From NCBI GenBank assembly GCA_964458565.1, contig CAYWJO010000026.1, positions 1-47,853 on the forward strand: a stretch of DNA of 47,853 bases, read 5' to 3'. The stretch is from an uncultured archaeon. Its GTDB lineage: Archaea; Asgardarchaeota; Thorarchaeia; Thorarchaeales; Thorarchaeaceae. The position numbers and the translations under genes were made by a program. This document shows positions 9,482-18,727 of this stretch, piece by piece. Positions within the stretch are counted from its first letter, which is position 1. Each line of letters starts with the position of its first letter. Under the pieces are notes generated by a model. It had not been told where the DNA came from and made no database searches. It saw only the letters and a list, made by a program, of their open reading frames with translations.

Positions 9482-10162
9482 CTTCCCTTTAGACTGGTCT
9501 TTACTATAGTCACAGTCTGATAATAAGGGACAGAGTTCGCATTTTGGTCTTCTTCTCAGACATATCAATGCAACCAAATCAATGATACCCCAGTACAGAG
9601 CCTTGTCTTGATTTGGAGTCCCTAAAAGTTCCATAAACTCCCAGGCGTCCTTATCGGTAGCATTCTTGAATTCCATTGAAAATACTCTGTTTAGAAGATG
9701 CACAACATTTCCATCTACTAAAGGTCGAGGCTTGGCGAAAGCGAAATTCAGCACAGCATTAGCAACATATACTCCAATCCCCGGTAATTGAAGCAGATCC
9801 TCAAGTACGGCTGGTACAGCTCCATCATATTGCTTGACGAGAATTTTTGATGTATCGCGAATGTTTTGTGCACGTGCTCTTTGGAGACCTAACGGGTTCA
9901 AGAGTTTCGTGAGAGTTGAAAGATGGGCTTGTGAAACCATAGAGGGCGAATGATAACGTTCAATGAACATGGGATATACGTATGATACAGCTTTTGCAGT
10001 AGTTCGACGAAGAAACATCTCAGCTAGAAGGATATGGAATGAATCAATCGTAGACCTCCAAGGAAAATCTCGGCCATTTTCGTTGTACCATAAGATAATC
10101 TTAGTCTTAATATTTGAAAAATTATTCTTTTCGATTGGAGCGACGGCTTTCTCACTCATCAA
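9476..10162 (-). CDS. HhH-GPD DNA glycosylase with Fe-S cluster, Mig/TDG (T:G mismatch)-like
   Basis: R.FPWR, E..LRRT (Mig-type, versus LQQT in MutY), LPGIG.Y, VDGNV, C-x6-C-x2-C-x5-C. Confidence 0.85.
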   Translation of the reverse strand: MMSEKAVAPIEKNNFSNIKTKIILWYNENGRDFPWRSTIDSFHILLAEMFLRRTTAKAVSYVYPMFIERYHSPSMVSQAHLSTLTKLLNPLGLQRARAQNIRDTSKILVKQYDGAVPAVLEDLLQLPGIGVYVANAVLNFAFAKPRPLVDGNVVHLLNRVFSMEFKNATDKDAWEFMELLGTPNQDKALYWGIIDLVALICLRRRPKCELCPLLSDCDYSKDQSKGKL

Positions 10163-10710
10163 TTCTCACCGATAAGAGAGTTCAGATAATCATGAATTTC
10201 TGATACTGATTTGATTATAGTAATACCTTCCATCTTCCTCAAGCGGTCAACATTCTCTAAATCGATTGCACGAGTCTTTATCTTTACAACCTGACCATCT
10301 GGAGCAATTGTTTCGACTATTCCTGGAAATTGATCAACTGGGTATACAAGTACAGGTGTATCTCCTTTGAGCGTTTGTGCAACTGCATTTGTAAGGAGTG
10401 TATCTTCAATTCCATAGGCGATTTTAGCTGTAGAGTTTGCCGAAAGTGGTGCGATGATTAGAGCATCATACCGGCCAACTTGTAGAGGCCCTGCTATGAA
10501 GGGGACATTCGAATCTACTTCTACCTTGACCTTCTCAAAGCTTTCATTCAATCGCTTCCATATCTTATACCAATGCATAACCTGTTTTCCTGCCTTGGAT
10601 AGAAAGACATCGACTCGGATAGACTTCTTCTGTGTGCTCTCAATCATAATCTCTAATATTTCTTCTATCTTATCACCAGCACCAGTGATTCCCCAAGCAA
10701 TTCGCGTCAA
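10159..10710 (-). CDS. afpA: Archaeoflavoprotein AfpA-like FMN-binding flavoprotein
   Basis: RIAWGITGAG, AP.SANSTAKIAYGI.DTL.TNAVAQ, PVDQ motifs. Confidence 0.82.
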   Translation of the reverse strand: MTRIAWGITGAGDKIEEILEIMIESTQKKSIRVDVFLSKAGKQVMHWYKIWKRLNESFEKVKVEVDSNVPFIAGPLQVGRYDALIIAPLSANSTAKIAYGIEDTLLTNAVAQTLKGDTPVLVYPVDQFPGIVETIAPDGQVVKIKTRAIDLENVDRLRKMEGITIIKSVSEIHDYLNSLIGEN

Positions 10711-10789
10711 TGTATCTCAGAAATGGAATAGCAAAAGAGTAGAAAAAAGTTGACATTTTGAGTCTAAGGTAGGATTCATTACATCTGAG

Positions 10790-11800
10790 GTGGATAAAAA
10801 CAAGGACCGGGAGGTTCAGCGATTGTACAAAATTGCTATTGGAATTACAACGGGAATGGGTCTTAGTGCTACAGACTGGATAGCACAGAATGCCGACAGA
10901 TTGAAAGTGGATACTATTTGGATAGGAGAGGATATTAACGTTGGACAGGACGTCACGGTCCTTATCACTTCTACTCTTCTTCAGACAAAAAACACACACG
11001 TTGGTACAGGGATACTACCATATCCAATCTATGACATTCGTCGGCTAGCAAGAACTTGTCTGTCATTTCACCAGATAAGTGATGGACGATTTATTTTTGG
11101 AACTGGAGTAGGTGGTATACAAGACTTGAACCGACTTGGATTGAAACCAATTAAACCCGTTAGCGAGTTGAAATTAGTAGTAGAAGTACTTCGTGATCTC
11201 TGGGCAGGAAAATCAGTAACACATCACTCTCAGTTCATAGATCTTGACGATGTGAAACTCAAAATCAAAGGGGATGTCCACATTCCTGTCGTATTAGGCG
11301 TACGAGGTCCACAGATGCTGAAACTCACAGGAGAGATTGCTAATGGAGCGATTCTCTCAGGTCCATTTGATTATCTGAGGAAGGCAATAGACATGATCGA
11401 TAAGTCAGCAAGAGAGTCAGGTCGCAATCCAGAATCGATAGAAAAGACAGTCTGGCTACCCACAATTCCAACATTCAAAGGAGGAAAGGAAAAATTGGCA
11501 AAGGAAGTGGTATCCATTGTTGTTGCAGATACTCCCGATGCGGTATTAGATATGTTAGATGTGGATAGAGACAGGGTGAAGAAAATTCAGCAAGCAAATC
11601 GTACAAAGGGACCTCCAGCTGGTGCCGAATTTGTTAATAGAGAGCTCATCGATGTGTTTGCAGTAAGTGGTGATAGAAACCATATGATTGAGAGGTTTGA
11701 GGTTCTACATTCTATAGGTGCAACTGAGGTAGTTATTGGACCTCCATTCTCCGGAAAGTGGAGAGAGGCAGTAGAGGACCTCGTTGTCAATATCCAATGA
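10790..11800 (+). CDS. LLM-class (Mer-like, F420-dependent) oxidoreductase
   Basis: IWIGED, ISDGRFIFG.G.G, GVRGPQML.L.GEIA.G motifs. Confidence 0.85.
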   Translation: MDKNKDREVQRLYKIAIGITTGMGLSATDWIAQNADRLKVDTIWIGEDINVGQDVTVLITSTLLQTKNTHVGTGILPYPIYDIRRLARTCLSFHQISDGRFIFGTGVGGIQDLNRLGLKPIKPVSELKLVVEVLRDLWAGKSVTHHSQFIDLDDVKLKIKGDVHIPVVLGVRGPQMLKLTGEIANGAILSGPFDYLRKAIDMIDKSARESGRNPESIEKTVWLPTIPTFKGGKEKLAKEVVSIVVADTPDAVLDMLDVDRDRVKKIQQANRTKGPPAGAEFVNRELIDVFAVSGDRNHMIERFEVLHSIGATEVVIGPPFSGKWREAVEDLVVNIQ

Positions 11801-13214
11801 ATTGAGTCAAATCAAGTTCATCAGGACTTATTGACCAGCCTTCTGAGTTCTTATCCCATAATTTAATGAAATCAGACATCTGTCTTGAGCCTCTTCGTTG
11901 AAGCGTCATTATAGGTTGAACAGAGCTCACACCTTTTTTCGTTTCTAGAGACCTAAAAAGCTGATAGTAGTCTACTTGATGATAACTTGGAACATTAGTC
12001 CAAACGATTATACCCTTATCAGATAAAAAGGTGAGTGAAGAAGGAAGTAGTGGAGATCGTTTCATTATCAGAGTCTTCCATTTGTCGTTACATACTATTT
12101 CGAAAACGAAAGCTGTTGACAGATTAACTCCTCCTATTACTACGCAAGGATCGATAACTCTGTTGCGAAGCAAACGTCTAATGGAAGTCGAAACTTGCTT
12201 TGGTTCTATTTGCCACCCTCTTATACTTAGAATCTGACTAAGCTTCGAGGGCGGTTGTCTAAAATCAGTTGCAAGATGGGATGCTATTGCTAAATCTTCA
12301 ATAACGACGTTGTTTCTTGGACCTTGATTCTCAAGATAACGGATGGAGGTCACACTGTCTAAGGATAGGTCTGAGCCTTCAAAGAAACTCTCTATATTTT
12401 CAGGCTTGGACCAAACTGTACCATTGAATAGTGAGAGATTGATATGAGAACCAACAACCCTTCGTTCATGAAGGGTCATGTAATCAAACAAAATATTGGA
12501 AATTTCATTCACACTTCTTTGAAAAATAGATACATATTCTGGCTCATTAGGTATCATGAATGTAAAATATCCAAGATCAGTCATTGATGTCTTAAGAACA
12601 CTTTTCAAAAATTGATAGTGCGCTAGGCTATTTTCGATATCAGTCCATTCAATATCTTCTTTGGTTCTAAAGAAAAGAATATACTCACTTATATCAAATG
12701 CACTAAGATCTGTTAAACAAGTAACCCGTATTTGGCGTCGATTATGCATACGTTCAAGAGATCGTGCAACAGTTCTTGCCGCTATACCGAGATTTTTGGA
12801 GATATTGACAAACGAAGAATTGGGCTTACGTATCAACGATTTAAGAACTGCAACATCATTTTGATTCAGGGGAGCATCCTGTGCTAGAACTGCAAAACTG
12901 TAAGCAGATTTAACCGAATCAGTAGTATAAAGATTGTACTTTTTTAAGGTATTCAAATTCTCGATAATTTTAGTTTTTATGGATTCATTAAGAGGAAAGA
13001 GTGTTGGATCAATCGGAGTAATTGCATACTGAGGGTTTTTCTTTAATTGTTCTACTACCTCTAATGCAATCTCCATAGAGAGTCCGCCAGAATATAATCC
13101 CAAATAAATTCTGATGATATCAAGATAGAATCGAGTCTGTCCTTCTTCTATAACAGGAATGAGATGATCCCAAGGAGTTATTATGTTTGATAGGAGATTA
13201 TATCCGGATTCCAC
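11787..13214 (-). CDS. Lrp/AsnC-like regulator with tandem HTH-RAM units and an N-terminal extension
   Basis: HTH1 (DVAVLKSL...ISKNLGIAARTVARSLERM), HTH2 (DLAIASHL..DFRQP...VSTSIRRL), linker SHINLSLFNGTVW. Confidence 0.7.
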   Translation of the reverse strand: MESGYNLLSNIITPWDHLIPVIEEGQTRFYLDIIRIYLGLYSGGLSMEIALEVVEQLKKNPQYAITPIDPTLFPLNESIKTKIIENLNTLKKYNLYTTDSVKSAYSFAVLAQDAPLNQNDVAVLKSLIRKPNSSFVNISKNLGIAARTVARSLERMHNRRQIRVTCLTDLSAFDISEYILFFRTKEDIEWTDIENSLAHYQFLKSVLKTSMTDLGYFTFMIPNEPEYVSIFQRSVNEISNILFDYMTLHERRVVGSHINLSLFNGTVWSKPENIESFFEGSDLSLDSVTSIRYLENQGPRNNVVIEDLAIASHLATDFRQPPSKLSQILSIRGWQIEPKQVSTSIRRLLRNRVIDPCVVIGGVNLSTAFVFEIVCNDKWKTLIMKRSPLLPSSLTFLSDKGIIVWTNVPSYHQVDYYQLFRSLETKKGVSSVQPIMTLQRRGSRQMSDFIKLWDKNSEGWSISPDELDLTQFIGY

Positions 13215-13247
13215 AATTTCTTCTTCCTTTTGTGATACTCGTCTAAA

Positions 13248-14336
13248 TCAAGTATTTCTGTTTGGTACATCGTTTAAATTTAGAATAACACTCTCTAATG
13301 CTTTTCGAATAGAGTCTGAAGAAACCAGACATGTGCTCAAACGGCTTGGTGGTTGTGCTAATTGTGTAATTGAGGCGGATAGAGAAAGCCAATCGACCGT
13401 TTCAGGCAATCCAATGTCCATGACAGTAAGATGCGTTCCAGAGATTATTCGGGTTTTTGGAAATGTGATTGCTTGGGCATGAAGAAGTCGAGATATATTC
13501 CCACCCATAGGTTGTTCATTTAAACAAGCAATCACTCTTTGTTTTAATCCAATCTTATCAAGAGATAAATATGGAACTGCAACTTCTTCACGCATATAAG
13601 AGAGGCGTCTTCTTAGAGTTCTTGTTGAGATGTTTTCTATTCCCCTGGTTTTCAACCATGTGTCTAAATCTTGAGAGCTGATTAGATAGTTATTCTCCAT
13701 TGCTGCTGCAATCAATGCAGTTTCTATATCAAATTCATTGGGAGGGCTTAGATTAATTGTGCGAACTATTGGGAGAATATCTGCAAATCCCTTTACTGCG
13801 TCTATGGATGCTTCAAACTTAAATCCACCAGAAAACTCCCATGTATTTCCATCAAAGCTTCCTATATTTATGTGACTTGCCATCGTCGATGCGACATCGT
13901 GTTCTATTGAAAGGTTGTAAGGTCGTTTTGTAAACCGATCGAGTTGTGATATGAACCATTGAAAGCGTGATCCAATAGGTAGTATAGCTTCAAAACAGAC
14001 TATTGTATCTAATGAAGATGTCATAAGAGATTCTTGAATTGACGTGACAAATGGGTTAGATGATAACCATCCTATGAATTTGTAAATTGTATTCGATTTT
14101 ACTTCATCTCTTGCCCAACCAAATACTAGACACAAGCCTATTTTTCCAAGATTTATATTGCTGCAAATATTGAGGTTTCGCTCTTCTTGTAATCTGTTCC
14201 ATGTCTGGCTTATTGCCGAACGGGTGACTCCAAGGTCTCTGGCGATATCCGCAGGGCGTAAATGTGGACTTATAGCTAACCTTCTGAGAAGAGTAAGTTC
14301 ACCTGAGCCTAGCGATGTGATTTTAATAGCCTCCAA
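13248..14336 (-). CDS. Lrp/AsnC-like regulator with tandem HTH-RAM units
   Basis: HTH1 (ADIARDLGVTRSAISQTWNRL...NLGKIGL), HTH2 (ISTRTLRRRL...LDKIGL), linker SHINIGSFDGNTW. Confidence 0.72.
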   Translation of the reverse strand: MEAIKITSLGSGELTLLRRLAISPHLRPADIARDLGVTRSAISQTWNRLQEERNLNICSNINLGKIGLCLVFGWARDEVKSNTIYKFIGWLSSNPFVTSIQESLMTSSLDTIVCFEAILPIGSRFQWFISQLDRFTKRPYNLSIEHDVASTMASHINIGSFDGNTWEFSGGFKFEASIDAVKGFADILPIVRTINLSPPNEFDIETALIAAAMENNYLISSQDLDTWLKTRGIENISTRTLRRRLSYMREEVAVPYLSLDKIGLKQRVIACLNEQPMGGNISRLLHAQAITFPKTRIISGTHLTVMDIGLPETVDWLSLSASITQLAQPPSRLSTCLVSSDSIRKALESVILNLNDVPNRNT

Positions 14337-14662
14337 GTCTTGTCCAAATGTTTAGACTTTATTTCGATTTTAGTCACTTTCGAATAATTCTGTGTGTGTT
14401 ACATAGCAATATATGGAACAAACACAGTTTGGGGGCGGTTTCGGACTATTCTGTCTCATAATGACTTACTGCATCTCCTTATTATAGTCGTATACTATTC
14501 TATTATTGTAAAAACACGTTGTAGGTACTGCTTCATAGTGAAGACTGAGAGAGGTCTATCTATTAAGCATTACAGATGAGAGAATTGACTATAGGTCGAT
14601 TATCTCACATTTGTTCCTATAATGTGTTGTTTACCAGGTATCCAGCAAAGGAGGTGAAACCG

Positions 14663-14800
14663 ATAAGCGCGGACCAAATGCGACAGGTCTATGAGAGCAT
14701 GACGAGAGATCGTGCCGCCCTAGAGCTCTTGGCACTAGGATTTGTACACGGAATCTCGACAGTTGTTCAGGCTCCATGTGAAGACCCTAACCCATTCTAG
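14663..14800 (+). CDS. Small peptide (40-45 aa) ending APCEDPNPF
   Basis: Strong SD GGAGGTGA at 14650-14657; in-frame ATA at 14663 and ATG at 14678. Confidence 0.5.
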   Translation: MSADQMRQVYESMTRDRAALELLALGFVHGISTVVQAPCEDPNPF

Positions 14801-14809
14801 AAGCAGTAC

Positions 14810-14849
14810 TCAACGTGAACATCTAGTGGAAACTAGGGTTAACTGTTGA
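14810..14849 (+). other. Stem-loop capped by a GGAA tetraloop between micro-ORFs
   Basis: TCAAC..AAC..CTAGT-GGAA-ACTAG..GTT..GTTGA pairing. Confidence 0.5.
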
Positions 14850-14928
14850 ATAGGTTCGACCGTTCTGATGCTGGATAAAAGGTATGCTGAGACTAAACTC
14901 AGGACAATAAAAAGGAGAGAGAGAAAAA

Positions 14929-14967
14929 ATGAATCCAACTGAAAACCCTGAACCGTTACCTTGGTAA
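14929..14967 (+). CDS. 12-aa micro-ORF MNPTENPEPLPW
   Basis: Preceded by AAGGAGAGAGAGAAAAA; shares the PxE[DN]PxP motif with the upstream peptide. Confidence 0.35.
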   Translation: MNPTENPEPLPW

Positions 14968-14999
14968 CATAATAAGAAATAAAATCGGAGGAAAAACGA

Positions 15000-15254
15000 T
15001 TGATAAGACTAAAAGACATGGAAACAATGCTTGACGGTCTAATAATACCAGATAGTGGAAGACTTGTTGACCCGTTTGAGGATTCTGAAGAGATCCGATT
15101 GACGGCGCTTAACCTCGAACTCGCAGCTAAGAATCTGTTGAGTGCAGGAGTTTCTCCATCATGTTTGGTACTAACAGCCGAACTCTGTGCTCACAAGCTT
15201 GTTGCCACACCTGATTCGAGTAATGAAATCAGAGTGATGGTATACGAATTGTGA
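15000..15254 (+). CDS. Small hypothetical protein (84 aa)
   Basis: SD GGAGG ahead of a TTG start; globular-looking sequence. Confidence 0.65.
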   Translation: MIRLKDMETMLDGLIIPDSGRLVDPFEDSEEIRLTALNLELAAKNLLSAGVSPSCLVLTAELCAHKLVATPDSSNEIRVMVYEL

Positions 15255-15393
15255 GTGAGGAAAAAATCATGGGAATCTCTGTGAGATGGGAGGAAAGAAA
15301 CCTCCATTCATGTCCACTCAGCCTTAGTATAGGAGGCTAAATGGTGTCATCTAGACTGGAGTCTGTTTTACAGATGTCTAGGTGAATTCATAA

Positions 15394-16833
15394 GTGACCG
15401 AGCAATCACAACAACAAAAGCCGAGGAGGGATTCCGGCATCTCACATGATGGAGAAGACATAGAGAGAGATTCTCATATCGTCGATACTCGCTCACAAGA
15501 AATAGAAGAAGAAAAAAGTTTTCTGGAGTCTCTAAGACATATTTTCAAATGGCGTAACTATACAATCTATCTTTTCACTGCATGGATATTCAATGCAGGC
15601 ATAGCAATTTGGTCATACTTTAGCCTCTACCTGCGTGCATTATATTGGGATTATATTCTGATTGGTTCGGTTCTTACATTCAGCAGCATCTTAACTGCAA
15701 TCTTTCGGTTTGTTGGTGGTTATATTGGCGATACTACTGATAGAAAGGATCTAGCTGTAGTATCTATGTTCTTAGTAGGCATTTACAGTATGATCATAGG
15801 TATCTTTTCTGATGTTCTGATGATTGTGGTAGGAATAACTATCCTAGCTTCAGCGGAGCTCTCCAAGAGCGGTTCATCTGCTTATATCATGGAAAATATA
15901 CCCCGGGAGAATAGTGGACTTGCTTTGGCACTATTCACTTCAGGCAGGGCTTTTGGAATCATAACACTCGTTTCATTTGGTGTCATTATCCCTCTATTCG
16001 GGTTCAGTCAAAGTATAAGATTGGTATATCTTGTGAATGGAATCCTACTTCTGGCCTGCACAACTATCCGAGCGGTGCTATTAGACAGTAGTCAGAAAAA
16101 CGAGTATGTGAAAGAAAAACGTTTGATCAAAGATTTTTCAGTTCAGAATAAAGAAACGATTAAAATTCTCATCAAAACAATACCTGGTGTAATCGCAGTC
16201 ATGTTCATTGATGGTCTGAGTGACTCGATATTCAAATTTGGGGCCTTGATATACACGAATGAAACGGTTGGAATTGATATTGCAGGCATCAATGTCATAC
16301 TCCTAACAACCTTGATTGTAATAGTACCACTACTATTGAAAGTTGGACGAATCACTGATAGGATGGGAATACAGAAGACAGCAGTATTAGTATACTCGAT
16401 TATGCCAATTAGTGCCTATATTCTATTTATTGCGAATACATACAAGTATTGGGTACCAATGCCTTTGGTGAATTCTGCTAATCTTATCGTAGAGGGGCTC
16501 GGGGTGGTTTTCTCGCTTCCATTTCTTGGCATCGTTATGAAGTATGTCAATGATCAATTATGGTGGCTCGTTCTTATGGCAATGATTAGGAAGAAGCTGC
16601 CTGATAAGGACACATCAAAAATCTTGGCTGTATTGATGACAGTTGCTTTCCTATGTTCATCAATTGGACCTCTAATTGGAGGCGTCGTGTTTGAGCTCTT
16701 ACCTCAACAATGGCTGTTCTTCATTGTACTAGTACTGAATCTCTTGATTATTGTGACACTTGTAGGAACAAAAATAACCGAGGATGACTCAAGAATACAC
16801 CTAAATGGTAGCGACGAGAGCGTGTCCGAGTAA
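15394..16833 (+). CDS. MFS transporter
   Basis: About 12 TM helices; motif A variants GGYIGDTTDRK and GRITDRMG. Confidence 0.9.
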   Translation: MTEQSQQQKPRRDSGISHDGEDIERDSHIVDTRSQEIEEEKSFLESLRHIFKWRNYTIYLFTAWIFNAGIAIWSYFSLYLRALYWDYILIGSVLTFSSILTAIFRFVGGYIGDTTDRKDLAVVSMFLVGIYSMIIGIFSDVLMIVVGITILASAELSKSGSSAYIMENIPRENSGLALALFTSGRAFGIITLVSFGVIIPLFGFSQSIRLVYLVNGILLLACTTIRAVLLDSSQKNEYVKEKRLIKDFSVQNKETIKILIKTIPGVIAVMFIDGLSDSIFKFGALIYTNETVGIDIAGINVILLTTLIVIVPLLLKVGRITDRMGIQKTAVLVYSIMPISAYILFIANTYKYWVPMPLVNSANLIVEGLGVVFSLPFLGIVMKYVNDQLWWLVLMAMIRKKLPDKDTSKILAVLMTVAFLCSSIGPLIGGVVFELLPQQWLFFIVLVLNLLIIVTLVGTKITEDDSRIHLNGSDESVSE

Positions 16834-16862
16834 GATGAAGATTGTTTCGAGTTGTATTTGAT

Positions 16863-17498
16863 ATGAATGATAAAGAAAGGGCTAAGAAAGTACTGTCAAA
16901 ACTTGCCAAAGCATATCCAGATGCACCGGTGACCTATCTTGATTTTAAGAGCCCCTTTGAGATGTTAATTGCTACTATTCTTTCAGCACGTGCGATGGAT
17001 GTTACTGTAAACAAGGTCACATCGGTCTTGTTCAAGAAGTATCCAGATGCAAAATCCATGATGGGAGCACCGTTGGAAGATTTAGCAACAATAATACGAA
17101 CTGTAGGTGCACACAATCGAAAAGCAGAATATCTCAAGAATTCAGCTTCAATGATTGTTGAAGAGTTCAATGGAAAAATACCAAAGACAATTGATGAGCT
17201 TGCGAGATTTCCAGGGGTGAGTAGAAAAACAGCAAATGTTGTACTTCAAGTAGCCTTTGGAATAAATGAAGGTGTGATTGTTGACACACATATCGGACGT
17301 GTTTCAGAGAAATTGGGTCTCAGTGAATCTAAGACTCCAGAAAAAATTGAACGGGATTTGATGGAACTACTTCCTCAGAAAAGCTGGTCTGAGTATGCAC
17401 GCCTTATTGGGGCACATGGGAGACGTACGTGTAAGTCACGCAAACCGAATTGCCCGACTTGTGCTGTGAATGATTTATGCCCCAGTGCAGAACTTTAG
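16863..17498 (+). CDS. nth: Endonuclease III
   Basis: PFEMLIATILSA, PGVSRKTANVV (catalytic Lys), VDTH and C-x6-C-x2-C-x5-C motifs. Confidence 0.95.
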   Translation: MNDKERAKKVLSKLAKAYPDAPVTYLDFKSPFEMLIATILSARAMDVTVNKVTSVLFKKYPDAKSMMGAPLEDLATIIRTVGAHNRKAEYLKNSASMIVEEFNGKIPKTIDELARFPGVSRKTANVVLQVAFGINEGVIVDTHIGRVSEKLGLSESKTPEKIERDLMELLPQKSWSEYARLIGAHGRRTCKSRKPNCPTCAVNDLCPSAEL

Positions 17499-17576
17499 AG
17501 TTTCATCGAAAGAACCTAATACTCAAAAGATGGCGATGACCCAATCAGTTCTTGATTCACTTCAGGATGCTCTTCT

Positions 17577-18665
17577 ATGAAAGTAGGAATGGTCAGCAAA
17601 TTTGGGTCTGCAGATGGACTTTGTATTAGAGCACAGAGCGTATTAGAAGGTCTTCAGGATAGAGGCCATGAAGTACATGCCTTCACTCAAGCGAAATATA
17701 TCAAAAACCTAAGTCAAGAACGTGTTCACAATCATCGTGCCTTTGCTCTCAATCCACATTTCTATTTAGATACAGTGAGTGCATCAAAGCAGATTTCGAA
17801 GAAGGCAAATGAACACAATATTCAACTCTTGCATGTGCAAATGAATTCAAGTAGCACTGAATTCTTCCTACCAATCTTTAAGCAATCATTACCACCACTC
17901 GTTGTTACATTTCATCTCGCCTATGCTAGCGGAAACTCGCTTTCCACAATGCTCTTCGATATCGCGTGGAAAGCCTCATTATTTGTTGTGAAGAGATATG
18001 ATGAGATTGTACTTGTCGATCCTGCGCAGAAACCGTTTTTCGTTCAAAATAACATTCCTGAAGAGAAGATTACAGTTATTCGGAACGGAGTAAATACTGA
18101 CCTTTTCAAACCTAGTTCTGAAGCTAAGGACAGTGAGACTATAGATTTTGTCTATGTAGGTAGACTTAGCATCGATAAAGGAGTCAATACATTGGTTGAT
18201 GCATTCAGAGAGTACCATCACGAGAACCCAAATTCCCGGCTAACACTCATCGGAGATGGAATGATGAAATTTCAATTCAAGGACTGTATCGAAAATGGAA
18301 GTGTTTGTTGGTTTGGAGCGATTGAACACCATCAGATTCCACGAATTCTACAAAGATCCGATGTTTTTGTGATTCCTCAGAACATAGGTGGACTGGGATT
18401 GAGCGTTCTTGAAGCTATGGGTTGTGGGCTTCCTGTAATCACTACTGCCATCGGTGAAACAAAACGCTTGCTTGGAAGGGATGAGGGAATTCTGGTTGAA
18501 CCAGATAATAGTGATGCTGTACGAGATGCTATGCAGGTTCTTGCAGAGGACCGTCAACTTCGAGAGAAGATGGGATCCAACTGCAGAAAGAAGGTACTCA
18601 ATGAATATTCATGGTCTAATCAAATCTCGATGTTAGAGAATGTCTATAGACGAGTTATTGAATAA
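17577..18665 (+). CDS. Glycosyltransferase family 4 (GT-B)
   Basis: NGVNTDLF, YVGRL...KG and GLSVLEAMGCGLPVI motifs. Confidence 0.92.
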   Translation: MKVGMVSKFGSADGLCIRAQSVLEGLQDRGHEVHAFTQAKYIKNLSQERVHNHRAFALNPHFYLDTVSASKQISKKANEHNIQLLHVQMNSSSTEFFLPIFKQSLPPLVVTFHLAYASGNSLSTMLFDIAWKASLFVVKRYDEIVLVDPAQKPFFVQNNIPEEKITVIRNGVNTDLFKPSSEAKDSETIDFVYVGRLSIDKGVNTLVDAFREYHHENPNSRLTLIGDGMMKFQFKDCIENGSVCWFGAIEHHQIPRILQRSDVFVIPQNIGGLGLSVLEAMGCGLPVITTAIGETKRLLGRDEGILVEPDNSDAVRDAMQVLAEDRQLREKMGSNCRKKVLNEYSWSNQISMLENVYRRVIE

Positions 18666-18727
18666 GGGATATAAAAGAAACACATCTTCAATATCAGTGA
18701 ATTAAACCCTCAAGCGACGTGGAATTC

